64,000 nucleotides of DNA from Candidatus Krumholzibacteriota bacterium (GCA_963727455.1 CAVSGG010000008.1:256001-320000), one strand, 5' to 3'. Numbered from the stretch's first letter, positions 22,463 through 32,931 are shown. The notes: a model not told the origin generated them from the letters alone. Numbers and translations: made by a program.

Positions 22463-23923
22463 TCAGGCGGATACTTTGCCCTCGGCGACGAGTTTCTTCA
22501 GGATCGACTGAATGCTCAACGCAGCATAATCGCGCATTTCGACGGGGATGTCATCGTACACTTCCGCCACCAATTGCGAAAGCTCGCGCGTGCCTCTTCG
22601 TACGCAGTCCAGGATCGCCCGCTCGCGCTCTTCACGGTGGGCATACTGGGCCGTGAGCAATTGAACTCCCCAGTTGCTCGCGGGCCCGTGCGCGGGAAAG
22701 ACCATACGAACCGGAAGCTGTATCAAACGGCGAAGCGAGGCCATGTATTGAATCATGTCCCCGTCATCGGGATGCACCAGAATGCTCGAGAGCGTCGAAA
22801 CCATGTCGCCAGCGATGAGGCTGCCGTACTCCCTTTCGAAATAACACAGGTGACCCGCAGCGTGACCGGGAGTGAAGTGACACTCGAGTTCCCAGTCGCT
22901 CTTGGCGGCCGGTGTCACCCCCAAAGGCAATCGCTGCGCGTGCTCGAGCGTGCGATCGATTGCTATCCTTCCCTCGAGTAGTTTCTCGGTCGTCGCGTGG
23001 GCCCACACTTCAAGTCCGCGAGTCTTCTGCAGGTGCTCTACCGCACCCACGTGATCGGGATGATGGTGCGTGAGCAGAATTGCCCGCAGTCGCACCCCGT
23101 CCTCGATGGCGTCGTCGAGCGCCTCGTCCAGCCGAGCCTGAACCTCTTGGTGAGGCGAGGCCGGATCGACGAGATAGGCTGGATTGCGCCCCACCAGATA
23201 GGCGTTGGTGTGCGTGGCCGGAGGAAGGGTGGGCGTGCGCAAAGGAAGCAGTTGAACGGCTGGATTGAAGAAGATGGGATGAATCTTGCCGCGAGCAAAT
23301 CCCGCGCTGAGAGCTTCCAGTTCGTCCTGTACCCCCTCCCAACCGTGAGAGTGAAGCAGGCGCAAGATCAATACGATCGGCGGAGCGAGTAGCACTTCCC
23401 CCTTTTGCCACAGCGCAAGCCAGGCGCCCGCTTCCTCCCATCTTCCCTCGACCAACTCTCCCGGCCAAATCTCGGGCTCTTGGTCTTTTAGCTCCAAGCG
23501 AAAGAAGAGGGTGTCGAAGCGCACTGGATAGAAGGGGGGCGTAAGAAGCCGCGCCACCGGGCTGAAACGCGAGCTCGGGATCCGCCCTCCATTCTCGCGC
23601 AGCCCACGATAGTAGCGCTGAGACTCCTTCAGACTCTCTCGCCGCAGCGCCTCTCCATCTGCAGAGCGTGGATCGCTTGCGTCCACCCCCACTTCCTCCA
23701 ACATCTCCCTGGCCGCGCAGCCCAAGAAGGGCGCCAATTCCGAGTTCCCGCCATGGAGCAAATCGCCGCCCTGGTGGTCGCTCTTGCTCACGCTGCCGCC
23801 GGGAAAGGCCCAATAGCCACCCAAAAAACGCAGGCTCGGATTGCGCAGCACGAGATAGACCCTCGCATCACCCTTGCGGTGCAGAAGAATGCTGGCGGCC
23901 TGCCGAATGCGTTCAGAAACCAT
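22463..23923 (-). CDS. Nudix hydrolase (NUDT19-like) fused to an MBL-fold hydrolase (LACTB2-like) with a C-terminal winged helix
   Basis: FPGG...AAREMLEEVG and TPP...RFDT.FF; then TPTLPPATHTN, THHHPDH, TPGHAAGH, GDM, PAHG. Confidence 0.88.
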   Translation of the reverse strand: MVSERIRQAASILLHRKGDARVYLVLRNPSLRFLGGYWAFPGGSVSKSDHQGGDLLHGGNSELAPFLGCAAREMLEEVGVDASDPRSADGEALRRESLKESQRYYRGLRENGGRIPSSRFSPVARLLTPPFYPVRFDTLFFRLELKDQEPEIWPGELVEGRWEEAGAWLALWQKGEVLLAPPIVLILRLLHSHGWEGVQDELEALSAGFARGKIHPIFFNPAVQLLPLRTPTLPPATHTNAYLVGRNPAYLVDPASPHQEVQARLDEALDDAIEDGVRLRAILLTHHHPDHVGAVEHLQKTRGLEVWAHATTEKLLEGRIAIDRTLEHAQRLPLGVTPAAKSDWELECHFTPGHAAGHLCYFEREYGSLIAGDMVSTLSSILVHPDDGDMIQYMASLRRLIQLPVRMVFPAHGPASNWGVQLLTAQYAHREERERAILDCVRRGTRELSQLVAEVYDDIPVEMRDYAALSIQSILKKLVAEGKVSA

Positions 23924-23965
23924 GGGTACCCAGGAACGAGGGAACGAAGGGGGAAACTGTCGCCA

Positions 23966-25186
23966 TCAGCGAAGCAGAGTCAGCGAAAAGCCATCTGCGC
24001 TGCGGAAATCTTGGAAGCGAAGTTGATAGACCCCGCTCGACACCGGACGGCCAGAGAAGTCCCGACCGTCCCAGTGCAAGAGATACTCGTCTTCTGCTAC
24101 CCCCGAAATCCGGAAGGTCTTCACCAGGCGTCCGCGCAGGTTGAAAATACTCAGCTCGAACGCGACACCATGATGCGGTGCGAGGAGGATTGCCCCTCCC
24201 GCTTGAAAAGGCTGTGGTCGCACTCCCAGGATACGCGCACTGTCCTTTCTGCTGGCCGGGGCCGCCGTCGGCGTTTCGAGCATGGCATAGATGGGGAAAC
24301 CCTCCATGTCGCTCGTATCGAGTTTCATGAGCTTGGCCAAGGTGGCGCCCAGATCGGACTGATCGCTCGTGGTGTCGATCTGTACTCCACTGCGGATGCC
24401 GACTCCTGCGGCAGCCAGAATGAGGTGCTGACATCCCTCGCAGCCGTCACCGTGATTCTGAAATCCATCGTGGGGCTCGTTCGGGCGATTGTCGTGACGT
24501 CCGTGATCGGCGGTTACTACGAGCGCACTTTGGCCCGCGAATTCCGGATCGTCCTGTAGGAAGTCCCAGAGCACTCCCACCAGGGAGTCTGCGCGCGAGA
24601 TCGCCGTGAGATATCCCTCCCAATCCGCGCCGTGGGCTATCAAGTCGACCTCTGGCAGGTTCACCGCCATGAAGCGCGGGTGGTAAAGAGCTAGCACGCC
24701 AAGAACCGTTTCCATGGTGGGGATGTCCGCCCCCATTCCCACGCTATCTCTGGCCGCGTATGCGATTCCACCTTCTGGATCGTCGCTGTAGGCGAGAACA
24801 TCCAGCTTCGACTTGCCCGCTACCACCCAAACGCTGCTCGCGGGCTGTCCGCTGCTCTTCCGGTAGCGTTCGAAGAGGGTGAGATCATGTGGCGGCTCGC
24901 TGCCGTCGTTCGCGAGAAACTGATGACGTCCGGTGAGCGTGGTCGCGTGCCCGGATACGGTGAGGGTGTATCCGTCGTTGCGGAAGTCAGTGAGGATACA
25001 GCCGGCGGGGCGCAGATCGTTCCAGATGCGCGGGATACGTTCCGGCTGGGCGAAACTCTCCGAGTAACGGGGTCCATCGAGGAATACCACCACGACGTGA
25101 TCCGGCGCAGCTTGGGCCATTGCCGTGACGGCGCTGCCAGGGCCGCAAAGAATGAGGATCACGATCGCCAACAAACGACGGCACAC
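23966..25186 (-). CDS. Secreted alkaline-phosphatase-superfamily protein with a C-terminal FlgD-Ig sorting domain
   Basis: Signal peptide; VVFLDGPR, T.SGH.T..TG, DLIAH, TADHG; C-terminus IFNLRGRLV...WDGRD.SG..VSSGVY. Confidence 0.8.
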   Translation of the reverse strand: MCRRLLAIVILILCGPGSAVTAMAQAAPDHVVVVFLDGPRYSESFAQPERIPRIWNDLRPAGCILTDFRNDGYTLTVSGHATTLTGRHQFLANDGSEPPHDLTLFERYRKSSGQPASSVWVVAGKSKLDVLAYSDDPEGGIAYAARDSVGMGADIPTMETVLGVLALYHPRFMAVNLPEVDLIAHGADWEGYLTAISRADSLVGVLWDFLQDDPEFAGQSALVVTADHGRHDNRPNEPHDGFQNHGDGCEGCQHLILAAAGVGIRSGVQIDTTSDQSDLGATLAKLMKLDTSDMEGFPIYAMLETPTAAPASRKDSARILGVRPQPFQAGGAILLAPHHGVAFELSIFNLRGRLVKTFRISGVAEDEYLLHWDGRDFSGRPVSSGVYQLRFQDFRSADGFSLTLLR

Positions 25187-25329
25187 CTTTCAACCTCCCA
25201 AAAGAACACGAACAGCTTAAAGGAAGCTTGTCCCCTCTGCCTAGCTGGGTTTTACTCAGTCGGACTTCGATCGCATCGCGAAGCGGCTGCACGAAGCGCA
25301 AGGCTCGCTCCTCATCTTGCGAGGCAAGC

Positions 25330-25776
25330 ATGTTTTTAACCCGCAGAATCGGCCTCCCGCTCTACTTCCTCCTGCTGCTCCTCTTGGCACTGGGCCTGAA
25401 TCTCGTACGGGGATTCGATCTCGCGCGGCGCCACCAAGCTCAACTCGCTCCACGGAGCGTCAACACGGTGCTCGACCTTCGCTCGGGGGTCGATTCCACG
25501 ATCACAGTCGACTCCGAGCAGAAGTATCTCCTGGTCATACTGCCCGAAGCGAGGAAAGCCCCGCTCGCTCTCCGCGAGATTCTTCCGGGCCGAACCCTAT
25601 TGCGTTGGCAAGAGAAGCTCGAAGGCAAGGGGAATTGGCTGGTAGTTCCCTTGACGGGGCTTTCAAAGGGTGCATTCGGCTTGTGCTGGTCCACTACTGA
25701 AAGAACCAAATCGGTGCAACTCGAGGAGCAACTCGATACCGAGCAGGAATGGCTGGGACGTTTCACGCTCGAATGA
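25330..25776 (+). CDS. Hypothetical membrane-anchored protein
   Basis: GAGG upstream of ATG 25330; N-terminal TM LYFLLLLLLALGL; fills the gap between two minus-strand genes. Confidence 0.5.
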   Translation: MFLTRRIGLPLYFLLLLLLALGLNLVRGFDLARRHQAQLAPRSVNTVLDLRSGVDSTITVDSEQKYLLVILPEARKAPLALREILPGRTLLRWQEKLEGKGNWLVVPLTGLSKGAFGLCWSTTERTKSVQLEEQLDTEQEWLGRFTLE

Positions 25777-25804
25777 TCCTTCGGCGCCGCTCCATCTCCC
25801 CAGT

Positions 25805-28800
25805 CTATTTCAGCAGAACCAAAGGGCGCGTGGAAACGACCCCCGTCGCCTTCAGTCTCAGATGGTAGACCCCACTGGCGAGTTGCTGCCCGCGGGAATC
25901 CCTGCCATCCCAGTCCACGGTGTGATCCCCGGCAGCAAGCTTCCCCGCGAGGAGAGAGCGCACCATCCGGCCCCGCGTATCGAAAATGCGCAGGTCGATG
26001 ACTCCGGCCCGGGCGAGTACGAATCGAATTCTCGTGCTGGGGTTGAAGGGATTCGGCTCATTCTCCAAGAGCCGGGTAGAAGCGGCCAAGGGCGGGGCGG
26101 CGACCGCGGTCTGGGAGCAAGCCGCCCCAAATGCTCCCATCAACCCACAAGCGGGGACATCCAGGAGCGGAGACTCTTGCGAGAGATGGTAGTCGCCTGC
26201 GTCGGGATCGCAGAAATAGGGCGGCTCGGCCAAGTTGCCGTCCATTCCGCGCGGATCGTCGACGCCGAGAAACGATTCCATGCTGGCGAAAAGAGCATAA
26301 AAGTCGTTGCAGGTGATTGCTGGAGGCGGCGCGCCCGCTTCCACTTCGATTGCCGACTCGGAGATCCGGCTGAATATGTTCGATTCGATCGTGGCGGAGT
26401 CCGCTGTCGCTTGAACGAACACGGCGCGTGGCACATCCACCACGGTGCAGTTCCGCAGGAGAAGCCCCCCCTGTGCCAGTCGCACCGCCCGGGCCACCTT
26501 GGTGAGGAGCGCTCCTTCGAGCGCCGCGTCTCCGCCCTGAACCAGTACCGCGGTTCCCTGCGACTGAAACGAAATGTCCATCGCCCGCAGGAAGCCGGCC
26601 TCCAGCCGAAGCCCGCGGCTTCCCCCTTGCACATCCACACCCCGCACCACCGCGCTGTCGGACGGAGTCCAGCCCGTGAGCGGGCCGGCATAGATCCCGG
26701 TCCCCAGGGCCGGCACCTGGATCACGCTCTCCTCGCTTCCCATCCCGACTAGCGAACGGCCGGGGGGCAGGGCCACGTTCACCGGACGCAGAGACCCGTC
26801 GAGCAGGAGTTCAACGGTGCCCGAGTACGAGCCCGCGGCGAGACGAAGGGTATCTCCCAACGCGCTCTCCGCCACGGCGGCAGCGATGGACTGCAGAGGG
26901 CGCTCCTTTAGACCACAGCCAAAATCGTCGCTTCCTTCGTTACTCACCCAGATGCTATTGCCCCGCTTCGTGCCAAAGAAGACATCGTCCAGAATCCAAC
27001 CTATACTCTCTACTGAAGCATCGCTGATCCGACGGAAGCGAATGCGGGCTCGCTCTCCCGCGTAGGCCGAGAGATCCAGACTCTCGTGGATCCAATCCCC
27101 TGGTTGCAAGGTGACGTCCGACCAATCCGCACCATCCTGTCCGGTATGATCGCTCCCCAGATAGCGCGCGATCTCCTGCCAGTGCCCACCGTCGTCCAGG
27201 CTCAACTCCACCGCAGCAAAATCGCCATCCAGCGCGAGTTGCGCTGCGTGCGTGAAATTTAGGACGCTCTCGCTGGTCAGATCCACCGGATCTATGAGTT
27301 CCGCCACCGCGGTGTCGTTGGGAGCATAGGTGGTCAGAGGATTTGCGTGATCCAGCAGAGCCTTCGTGCCACTGAAATTCTGGTCGATTATGGTGAATCC
27401 CTTCAGAGCGAAGAGCGTGGAATCGCCAGGCTCGAATCCTGTTTGCACGGCACTCGGCGTGCTTCCGACGTAGACGCTTGCGCTCCGGGAGGGACCGGCC
27501 ACGTCGGCAAACCAAGGGACTACGCTGAGAAGATGGTGGCCGGAAGGAACCGAGGTGTTCAGGGACTGGGTGGTATCGGGAACGGTGACCAGGGGCGCGG
27601 CATCGAGCGTGATCTGCAGCGAATCGTAGACTCCGTCGTTGGTCCAGCTGAGCTGCACTGGGTCGAGTTCGACACTCTGAAGGAGCGCTTGGGCGTGCAA
27701 GTTTTGCACGGCGCGCACGACCACCGCACCCCAGGGAATCCAGGCCCCCCAGCTCACTGCGGTAGCTATGTGTACCGATGGAAGTTCCTGTAGTCGAAAA
27801 ACCCGCTCTTCCGCCGTCACCGCAGTATGCTGCAGCAGCGTCGAACCCTGGGCGCCGATGATGGTGTCAGCCTGTTGTACGAAGGTTCCCAGCGTGTCCA
27901 GCTCAGTCACCCGGCTCAGAGGCGCCTCTCGCTCCGCCGCGGCAAGCACGTAGCAGAGATCGTCCACAGCAAGACTCAGCCGCAGATGATCCGTATCGCC
28001 ACGAGGCCTGAGACTGTGCAGCTTCAGAAACGAGGCATTCGGCGCGCGCGGAGTCGCCTCTCGCTGCGCGAAATCCGCCGCGGTGTCGGTGTCCGTGGCC
28101 AAGCTGTCGCGGCCCAGGGTGCTCCCGAAGCTGGGGGTCTGTAGAGTCCCGGTGAAGGAGAGACCGCTCGGCACCGGCTCTAAGCTGCTCTGGCTGCCAT
28201 CCCAGCGCACGAAGTCGAGCGGCGTCGCAGCGGCATTCAGCAGAGTGCAGGCTCCGTCCGCTCCTTCCTTCCACGGAATGCTCCAGCCGGGAAAGAAGAG
28301 ATCGAAGCCGGTGTCGTTGGCGGCGGAACCGCCCTCGTGCAACACCACGCTTCTTCCCGGGCCCAGCTGAAAGCCGCTGGGAATCGCAGCCACCCTCTCG
28401 CTGCCCGTGCTGAAGTCGTTGCGATGGGCAATCACGGTGTAGCCCCCTAGCGAGACTGTGCTCTCTCCTGCATTGGTGATTTCCACCCAGTCCGAATCAC
28501 CCAGGAATAGCTCACCGATCACTACGCCGGCTCCCGCCAGAGGTTCGGGCTGCACCCAGGCCGCATCCAGAGGCAGCTGCTGCCAGTCGTCGTCCGGCTC
28601 GAGAGCGTCGTCGAACAGCGCGGTTCTGCCCTGTGTCACCGCGATTTGAAAGAGCGCGGGATCCTCCGCGTAATCGCTGCGCCAAGCCTCGTGGAAGTCC
28701 TCGTAGCTGATGGCTTCAGAACCGGGTAGAGCGGGGAGATCGACGCTGAGCACGTGGAAAAACCGCGCGGCGCCGTCCACTGCCGCGTCCTGGCGCAGAT

Positions 28801-30244
28801 CGTCATCTCCCGGGCTGCCATCGGGAGTATTCGTGTCATCGACCAGATCCCACAGCATCGCGGCAACGTTGCTCACCGACCGCTGGCCGCGTACGGCGGC
28901 ACTGTCACCGTAACTCAGCTCGCGCGTCTCCAGATCGAAACCGTCCTGTGCCGCTCCCGGGAAGCCGAGTGGCGGAGGAAAGGTCAGATCGATGTACGTG
29001 CTGACTTCGTCGTCGGCGGGATTCCCATCGTCGTCCAGTCGCGTCAGGGCGCGATGCTGGCGCACCAAAGAGCCGAAGACGATGGCGGCCCCGTCACCGA
29101 AAGCACTCAGCGGATCGCGATCGAGATCCAGGCCGGTGAAGCCCAGGGAGAGGTCGCTTCTCCCGTAGGTCTCGAGGAACCAGCGTCCCACCTGGGCCAA
29201 GAGCACACTGTCCGACCAGGAGTCATCGTCTCCACCGCCGGGGCTGGCGATGCGAAAGACCCCATCCTGGTAGCTGCTCGAAATTTGAGTCGAAGCGGGC
29301 GCCCAGATGGCCGGGGGCATTTGTGCCGGCGCCGCACCGAGCCAAGCCGGCTCCTGGAGGAGTTCGACCGCATCCAGGAGGCAGTCCAGAAGATTGAAGG
29401 CGCCGAGAGTGTCATTGCTGGCGTTGTCGCTCAAAAGCAAGCTCTGAAGATCGAGCGACACCCCTGGACCCAAGCTGGTGATCTGGACGACCTCGCGAAC
29501 TAGAGGCTGCGCTTGACTCAGATCTCCCCCGGGGCCCGCTTGGTCCAGGACGCGCGCGTCCACTCCCGTCAAGCCCTCCACTTCGCTAAGAATTCGGATC
29601 TTTACGTCGGTCGGCGCGAGTGGCTCGAAACTGAGCAGAAAACTCCCGTCGGAGCCACTGGCAGTCGATGCCAGGAGAGAATCGTCGCCGGCTCGGGTGA
29701 GTTCGACGCGGAGGTGACGGAGCGGCAGAGTTCGCGTGGCGCCCGTGTATCCAGCGAGATCGAAAATCCGGTCGCGATAGAGCAGTTTGCCGCTGATGGT
29801 GCTCGCGGACGCAAGTAGCTGCTGCACACTCGCATCCTCCGCGTCGAGAGGCACCTTTCGATCCCTCGGCGCTTGCAGCAAGCTCTCGGCGTCCACGATG
29901 CGCTCTGGAAGCGTCGCCTTGGGCCGCGCGCGCCAGAGACTGACACGACGCACTTCGCCCTCCTCGCTCTTACGGCTTCCTCGCATCTCCACCGCCAAGG
30001 CCCGCGGAGGGACGATCAGAGGCAAGCGAGCAAGGAGTTGCTGGGGAGCTGGGAGGGGCTGCGGGACGTCCTGCGCCCCGAGCGGGATCCACGAACTCCA
30101 GCGCGAAGCCGTCAAAATCCGGGCGCTCCAGAGCTCCTCGCTGGCCAGGGCGGGAGCTGCCACCAGCAAGAGAGAGAGCGAGAGGAGGAGAATACCCCTC
30201 GGCACGCTCGAAAGGCGCAGGAAGACCGAATGGCGAGAATGCAT
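25805..30244 (-). CDS. Large secreted multidomain protein: degenerate zincin-like domain, lamin-tail domain, jelly-roll, beta-helix, FlgD-Ig C-terminal domain
   Basis: Signal peptide ending LLLVAAPALA (start approximate; the ORF extension to 30790 is antisense to ccmE); LTD 'VVIGEL..DWVEITN..VSLGGY'; 'LDLSAYAG..RIRFR..GWILDDV'; 'VSNEGSD..RPLQSI..AV..GDTLRLAAGSY'; PNPFNPSTRIRF...WDGRDSRG. Confidence 0.85.
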   Translation of the reverse strand: MHSRHSVFLRLSSVPRGILLLSLSLLLVAAPALASEELWSARILTASRWSSWIPLGAQDVPQPLPAPQQLLARLPLIVPPRALAVEMRGSRKSEEGEVRRVSLWRARPKATLPERIVDAESLLQAPRDRKVPLDAEDASVQQLLASASTISGKLLYRDRIFDLAGYTGATRTLPLRHLRVELTRAGDDSLLASTASGSDGSFLLSFEPLAPTDVKIRILSEVEGLTGVDARVLDQAGPGGDLSQAQPLVREVVQITSLGPGVSLDLQSLLLSDNASNDTLGAFNLLDCLLDAVELLQEPAWLGAAPAQMPPAIWAPASTQISSSYQDGVFRIASPGGGDDDSWSDSVLLAQVGRWFLETYGRSDLSLGFTGLDLDRDPLSAFGDGAAIVFGSLVRQHRALTRLDDDGNPADDEVSTYIDLTFPPPLGFPGAAQDGFDLETRELSYGDSAAVRGQRSVSNVAAMLWDLVDDTNTPDGSPGDDDLRQDAAVDGAARFFHVLSVDLPALPGSEAISYEDFHEAWRSDYAEDPALFQIAVTQGRTALFDDALEPDDDWQQLPLDAAWVQPEPLAGAGVVIGELFLGDSDWVEITNAGESTVSLGGYTVIAHRNDFSTGSERVAAIPSGFQLGPGRSVVLHEGGSAANDTGFDLFFPGWSIPWKEGADGACTLLNAAATPLDFVRWDGSQSSLEPVPSGLSFTGTLQTPSFGSTLGRDSLATDTDTAADFAQREATPRAPNASFLKLHSLRPRGDTDHLRLSLAVDDLCYVLAAAEREAPLSRVTELDTLGTFVQQADTIIGAQGSTLLQHTAVTAEERVFRLQELPSVHIATAVSWGAWIPWGAVVVRAVQNLHAQALLQSVELDPVQLSWTNDGVYDSLQITLDAAPLVTVPDTTQSLNTSVPSGHHLLSVVPWFADVAGPSRSASVYVGSTPSAVQTGFEPGDSTLFALKGFTIIDQNFSGTKALLDHANPLTTYAPNDTAVAELIDPVDLTSESVLNFTHAAQLALDGDFAAVELSLDDGGHWQEIARYLGSDHTGQDGADWSDVTLQPGDWIHESLDLSAYAGERARIRFRRISDASVESIGWILDDVFFGTKRGNSIWVSNEGSDDFGCGLKERPLQSIAAAVAESALGDTLRLAAGSYSGTVELLLDGSLRPVNVALPPGRSLVGMGSEESVIQVPALGTGIYAGPLTGWTPSDSAVVRGVDVQGGSRGLRLEAGFLRAMDISFQSQGTAVLVQGGDAALEGALLTKVARAVRLAQGGLLLRNCTVVDVPRAVFVQATADSATIESNIFSRISESAIEVEAGAPPPAITCNDFYALFASMESFLGVDDPRGMDGNLAEPPYFCDPDAGDYHLSQESPLLDVPACGLMGAFGAACSQTAVAAPPLAASTRLLENEPNPFNPSTRIRFVLARAGVIDLRIFDTRGRMVRSLLAGKLAAGDHTVDWDGRDSRGQQLASGVYHLRLKATGVVSTRPLVLLK

Positions 30245-30472
30245 GAAATGATGCCGATTGCTGGAGAAGATCTTATCCTGACTCCGATTGTAGACGCTTC
30301 GCCGTCGCCTTCGCAAGCGGCACAGCCCCCTGGCCGACGCGGGCGAAATCGGCCTTCGGCCAAGTAGCCGCATTTTGGCCAAGAAGCCGTTGGAAAGGTC
30401 TCTTGGCCCGCCTATATTGGCGCTGGATTCCCCCGCCTCTTTCGGCACGTCCCGAAAGGAGGACCTTCGATC

Positions 30473-30892
30473 ATGAAGTTCCGTTTCCTCATCGGAATCT
30501 GCCTCATCGTGGCAGCTGTGACCTATCTCTCCATCCAGGGCTTCCAGAAGGGCAAGCGCTACTATCACACCTGTGATGAGGTCGCCGAAATGGGCAGCAA
30601 GGCCGTGGGCCACCCGATCAAGATCGCCGGAGTGGTGAAGGCCGGCTCGATTCGCCGTGATGGCGATGTCCTGAACTTCACCCTCGAGTACGAGGGCGCG
30701 CACTATCCGGTGCAATACGTAGGCTCCGATCCCGTTCCCGACACCTTCAAAGACGGCGTCCAAGCGGTGGTAGATGGAACCTTGAACCAAGAGGGCGTCT
30801 TCGTTGGCGAGAAGATCCAGGCCAAGTGCGCTTCGAAGTACGAGGCCGACTACGGCCCGGATGCGGGCAAGCCCACCGGCAACAGCGCCTAA
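30473..30892 (+). CDS. ccmE: Heme chaperone CcmE, CxxxY (System I*) type
   Basis: N-terminal TM, G.VK.GSI, PDTFKDG.Q.VVDG, QAKCASKY; RBS AAGGAGG. Confidence 0.93.
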   Translation: MKFRFLIGICLIVAAVTYLSIQGFQKGKRYYHTCDEVAEMGSKAVGHPIKIAGVVKAGSIRRDGDVLNFTLEYEGAHYPVQYVGSDPVPDTFKDGVQAVVDGTLNQEGVFVGEKIQAKCASKYEADYGPDAGKPTGNSA

Positions 30893-30942
30893 GATCTTGA
30901 ACTACCGGGATTCCCCAATTCACCGCATGGAGCCACCTTCTC

Positions 30943-32931
30943 ATGATTGCTGACATCGGGAATGTAGCCTTGATGGCTGCTCTGGCATTTGCGGTCTACG
31001 CACTGCTGAGTTCGATTCTGGGCTCGCTGCGAGACAATGCAAGACTCACCGAAAGCGGTCAACGTGCGGTGGGTGTGGTATTCGCCATGGTGAGTCTGGC
31101 CATGGTGATGCTCATCACCCTGCTCGTGACCGACAAGTTCCACTTCGCCTACGTCGCGAGCGAAAGCAACCGCGATCTGCCTCTCTTCTACAAGGTCGGT
31201 TCGCTCTGGGCGGGGCAAAATGGTTCGCTTCTGCTCTGGACTTGGTGCGTGAGCGCGTACTCGGTGGCGGCGGTCCTCACCCAGAAAGACCGTCACAACC
31301 GGCTCCTTCCCATCGCGACCGCGGTCATGATGGGCACGGCGGTGTTCTTTCTCTGCCTAAACAACTTCGCGAGCAATCCCTTCCGGCAGCTCTTCGCGGT
31401 CTCGCAGTCCACCGGAGCCACCAGAGCCTGGGCCCCGGCCGACGGAAATGGACTCAATCCGCTGCTCCAGAACTACTGGATGGTGATCCACCCCCCGATT
31501 CTCTACATCGGCTACACCGGCTTCGTGGTTCCCTTCGCGTTCTGCGTGGCAGCTCTCTTCACGCGACAGCTCGGGAGCGCCTGGGTGCGCACCATCCGGC
31601 GCTGGACGCTCTTCACCTGGCTCTTTTTGGGCGTGGGAATCGTCATGGGCGCCAAGTGGGCCTACATGGAGCTGGGATGGGGCGGTTACTGGGGATGGGA
31701 TCCGGTGGAAAACGCCTCGCTCATGCCCTGGCTGGCCGGAACCGCGTTCTTGCACTCAGTCATCCTGCAGGAAAAGCGCGGAATGCTGAAGGTCTGGAAC
31801 GTCTCGTTGATCTCCGTGACCTATCTCTTGGTGATTTTGGGCACCTTTCTCACCCGAAGTGGCGTGGTCAGCAGCGTCCACTCCTTCGCGCGTTCGAACA
31901 TCGGAGTTCCTTTCGCGATCTTCATTCTCTGCGTAACGGCCGGCACGGCGGCGCTGATACTTTCGCGCCTGCCCTTTTTGAAGAGCGAGAACAAGCTCGA
32001 CAGCATGGTGAGCCGGGAGAGCGGCTTTCTGTTCAACAATCTCATCCTCCTGGCGGCTACCTTCAGCGTGCTCTTCGGAACGATCTTTCCCATTCTGAGC
32101 GAACTCTTCACCGGCACCAACGTCACCGTGGGACCGTCCTACTTCAATTTCATCGAAGTGCCGATCGGTCTCTTGCTGCTCTTTCTCATCGGCGCGGGGC
32201 CTCTCCTCGCCTACCGCAGGACGAGTGGGAAAAGCCTGCGCAAAAATTTCACGATGCCCGTGGTGCTGGGCGTGGTTTCCGCCCCCGTCTTCTTTCTCTT
32301 GGGAGTGCGCGGATTCTGGCCCATGCTCTCGCTGGTGCTCTGTACCTTCGTGACGCTGACCATCGTGCAGGAGTTCCACAAGGGCGTGAGCGCGCGACAG
32401 AAGACGATTCACGAGAATTATTTCACGGCCCTGCTCAATCTCACCCGGCGCAACAATCGCCGCTATGGCGGCTACATCGTTCACTTCGCCATGGTGCTGG
32501 TGTTCTTGGGGGCCACCGGTTCGGCCTTCGTGAAGGAGGGCCAGGGCGTGATCGGCGAGGGGGAGAGCTTCAAAGTCGGCAACTATGACATCCACCTGAA
32601 CGAGATCCGAGAATCGGAAGCCAACCCCAACTACTGGTCCGGCATTCTCGCCATGGACGTCACGCGGGGTGGAAATCAGGTGGCAAAGGTGTTCCCCGAG
32701 AAACGCTTCTATTATGCGAGCGAACAGCCCACCAGCGAGGTAGCGATCCACCAGTCGACGCGAGAGGATCTCTACCTCGTGTTCGCGGGCCTCAATGAGG
32801 ACCAGACCAAGGCCATCGTGCAGGCCTACGTCAACCCGCTGGTGATGTGGCTGTGGACGGGCGCCATCATCATGGTGCTGGGCACTTTGATTTGCCTCTT
32901 GCCACCTCTGAAGGGACGGTCCGCGGCATGA
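30943..32931 (+). CDS. ccmF: Cytochrome c heme lyase CcmF
   Basis: WAGQNGSLLLW, GLNPLLQ, IHPP, WGGYWGWDPVENAS (WWD), SVHSFA. Confidence 0.96.
   Translation: MIADIGNVALMAALAFAVYALLSSILGSLRDNARLTESGQRAVGVVFAMVSLAMVMLITLLVTDKFHFAYVASESNRDLPLFYKVGSLWAGQNGSLLLWTWCVSAYSVAAVLTQKDRHNRLLPIATAVMMGTAVFFLCLNNFASNPFRQLFAVSQSTGATRAWAPADGNGLNPLLQNYWMVIHPPILYIGYTGFVVPFAFCVAALFTRQLGSAWVRTIRRWTLFTWLFLGVGIVMGAKWAYMELGWGGYWGWDPVENASLMPWLAGTAFLHSVILQEKRGMLKVWNVSLISVTYLLVILGTFLTRSGVVSSVHSFARSNIGVPFAIFILCVTAGTAALILSRLPFLKSENKLDSMVSRESGFLFNNLILLAATFSVLFGTIFPILSELFTGTNVTVGPSYFNFIEVPIGLLLLFLIGAGPLLAYRRTSGKSLRKNFTMPVVLGVVSAPVFFLLGVRGFWPMLSLVLCTFVTLTIVQEFHKGVSARQKTIHENYFTALLNLTRRNNRRYGGYIVHFAMVLVFLGATGSAFVKEGQGVIGEGESFKVGNYDIHLNEIRESEANPNYWSGILAMDVTRGGNQVAKVFPEKRFYYASEQPTSEVAIHQSTREDLYLVFAGLNEDQTKAIVQAYVNPLVMWLWTGAIIMVLGTLICLLPPLKGRSAA

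Noticed and set aside
30245-30790. N-terminal extension of the 1661-aa ORF
   Set aside because: It overlaps ccmE antisense, and the signal peptide begins near 30244
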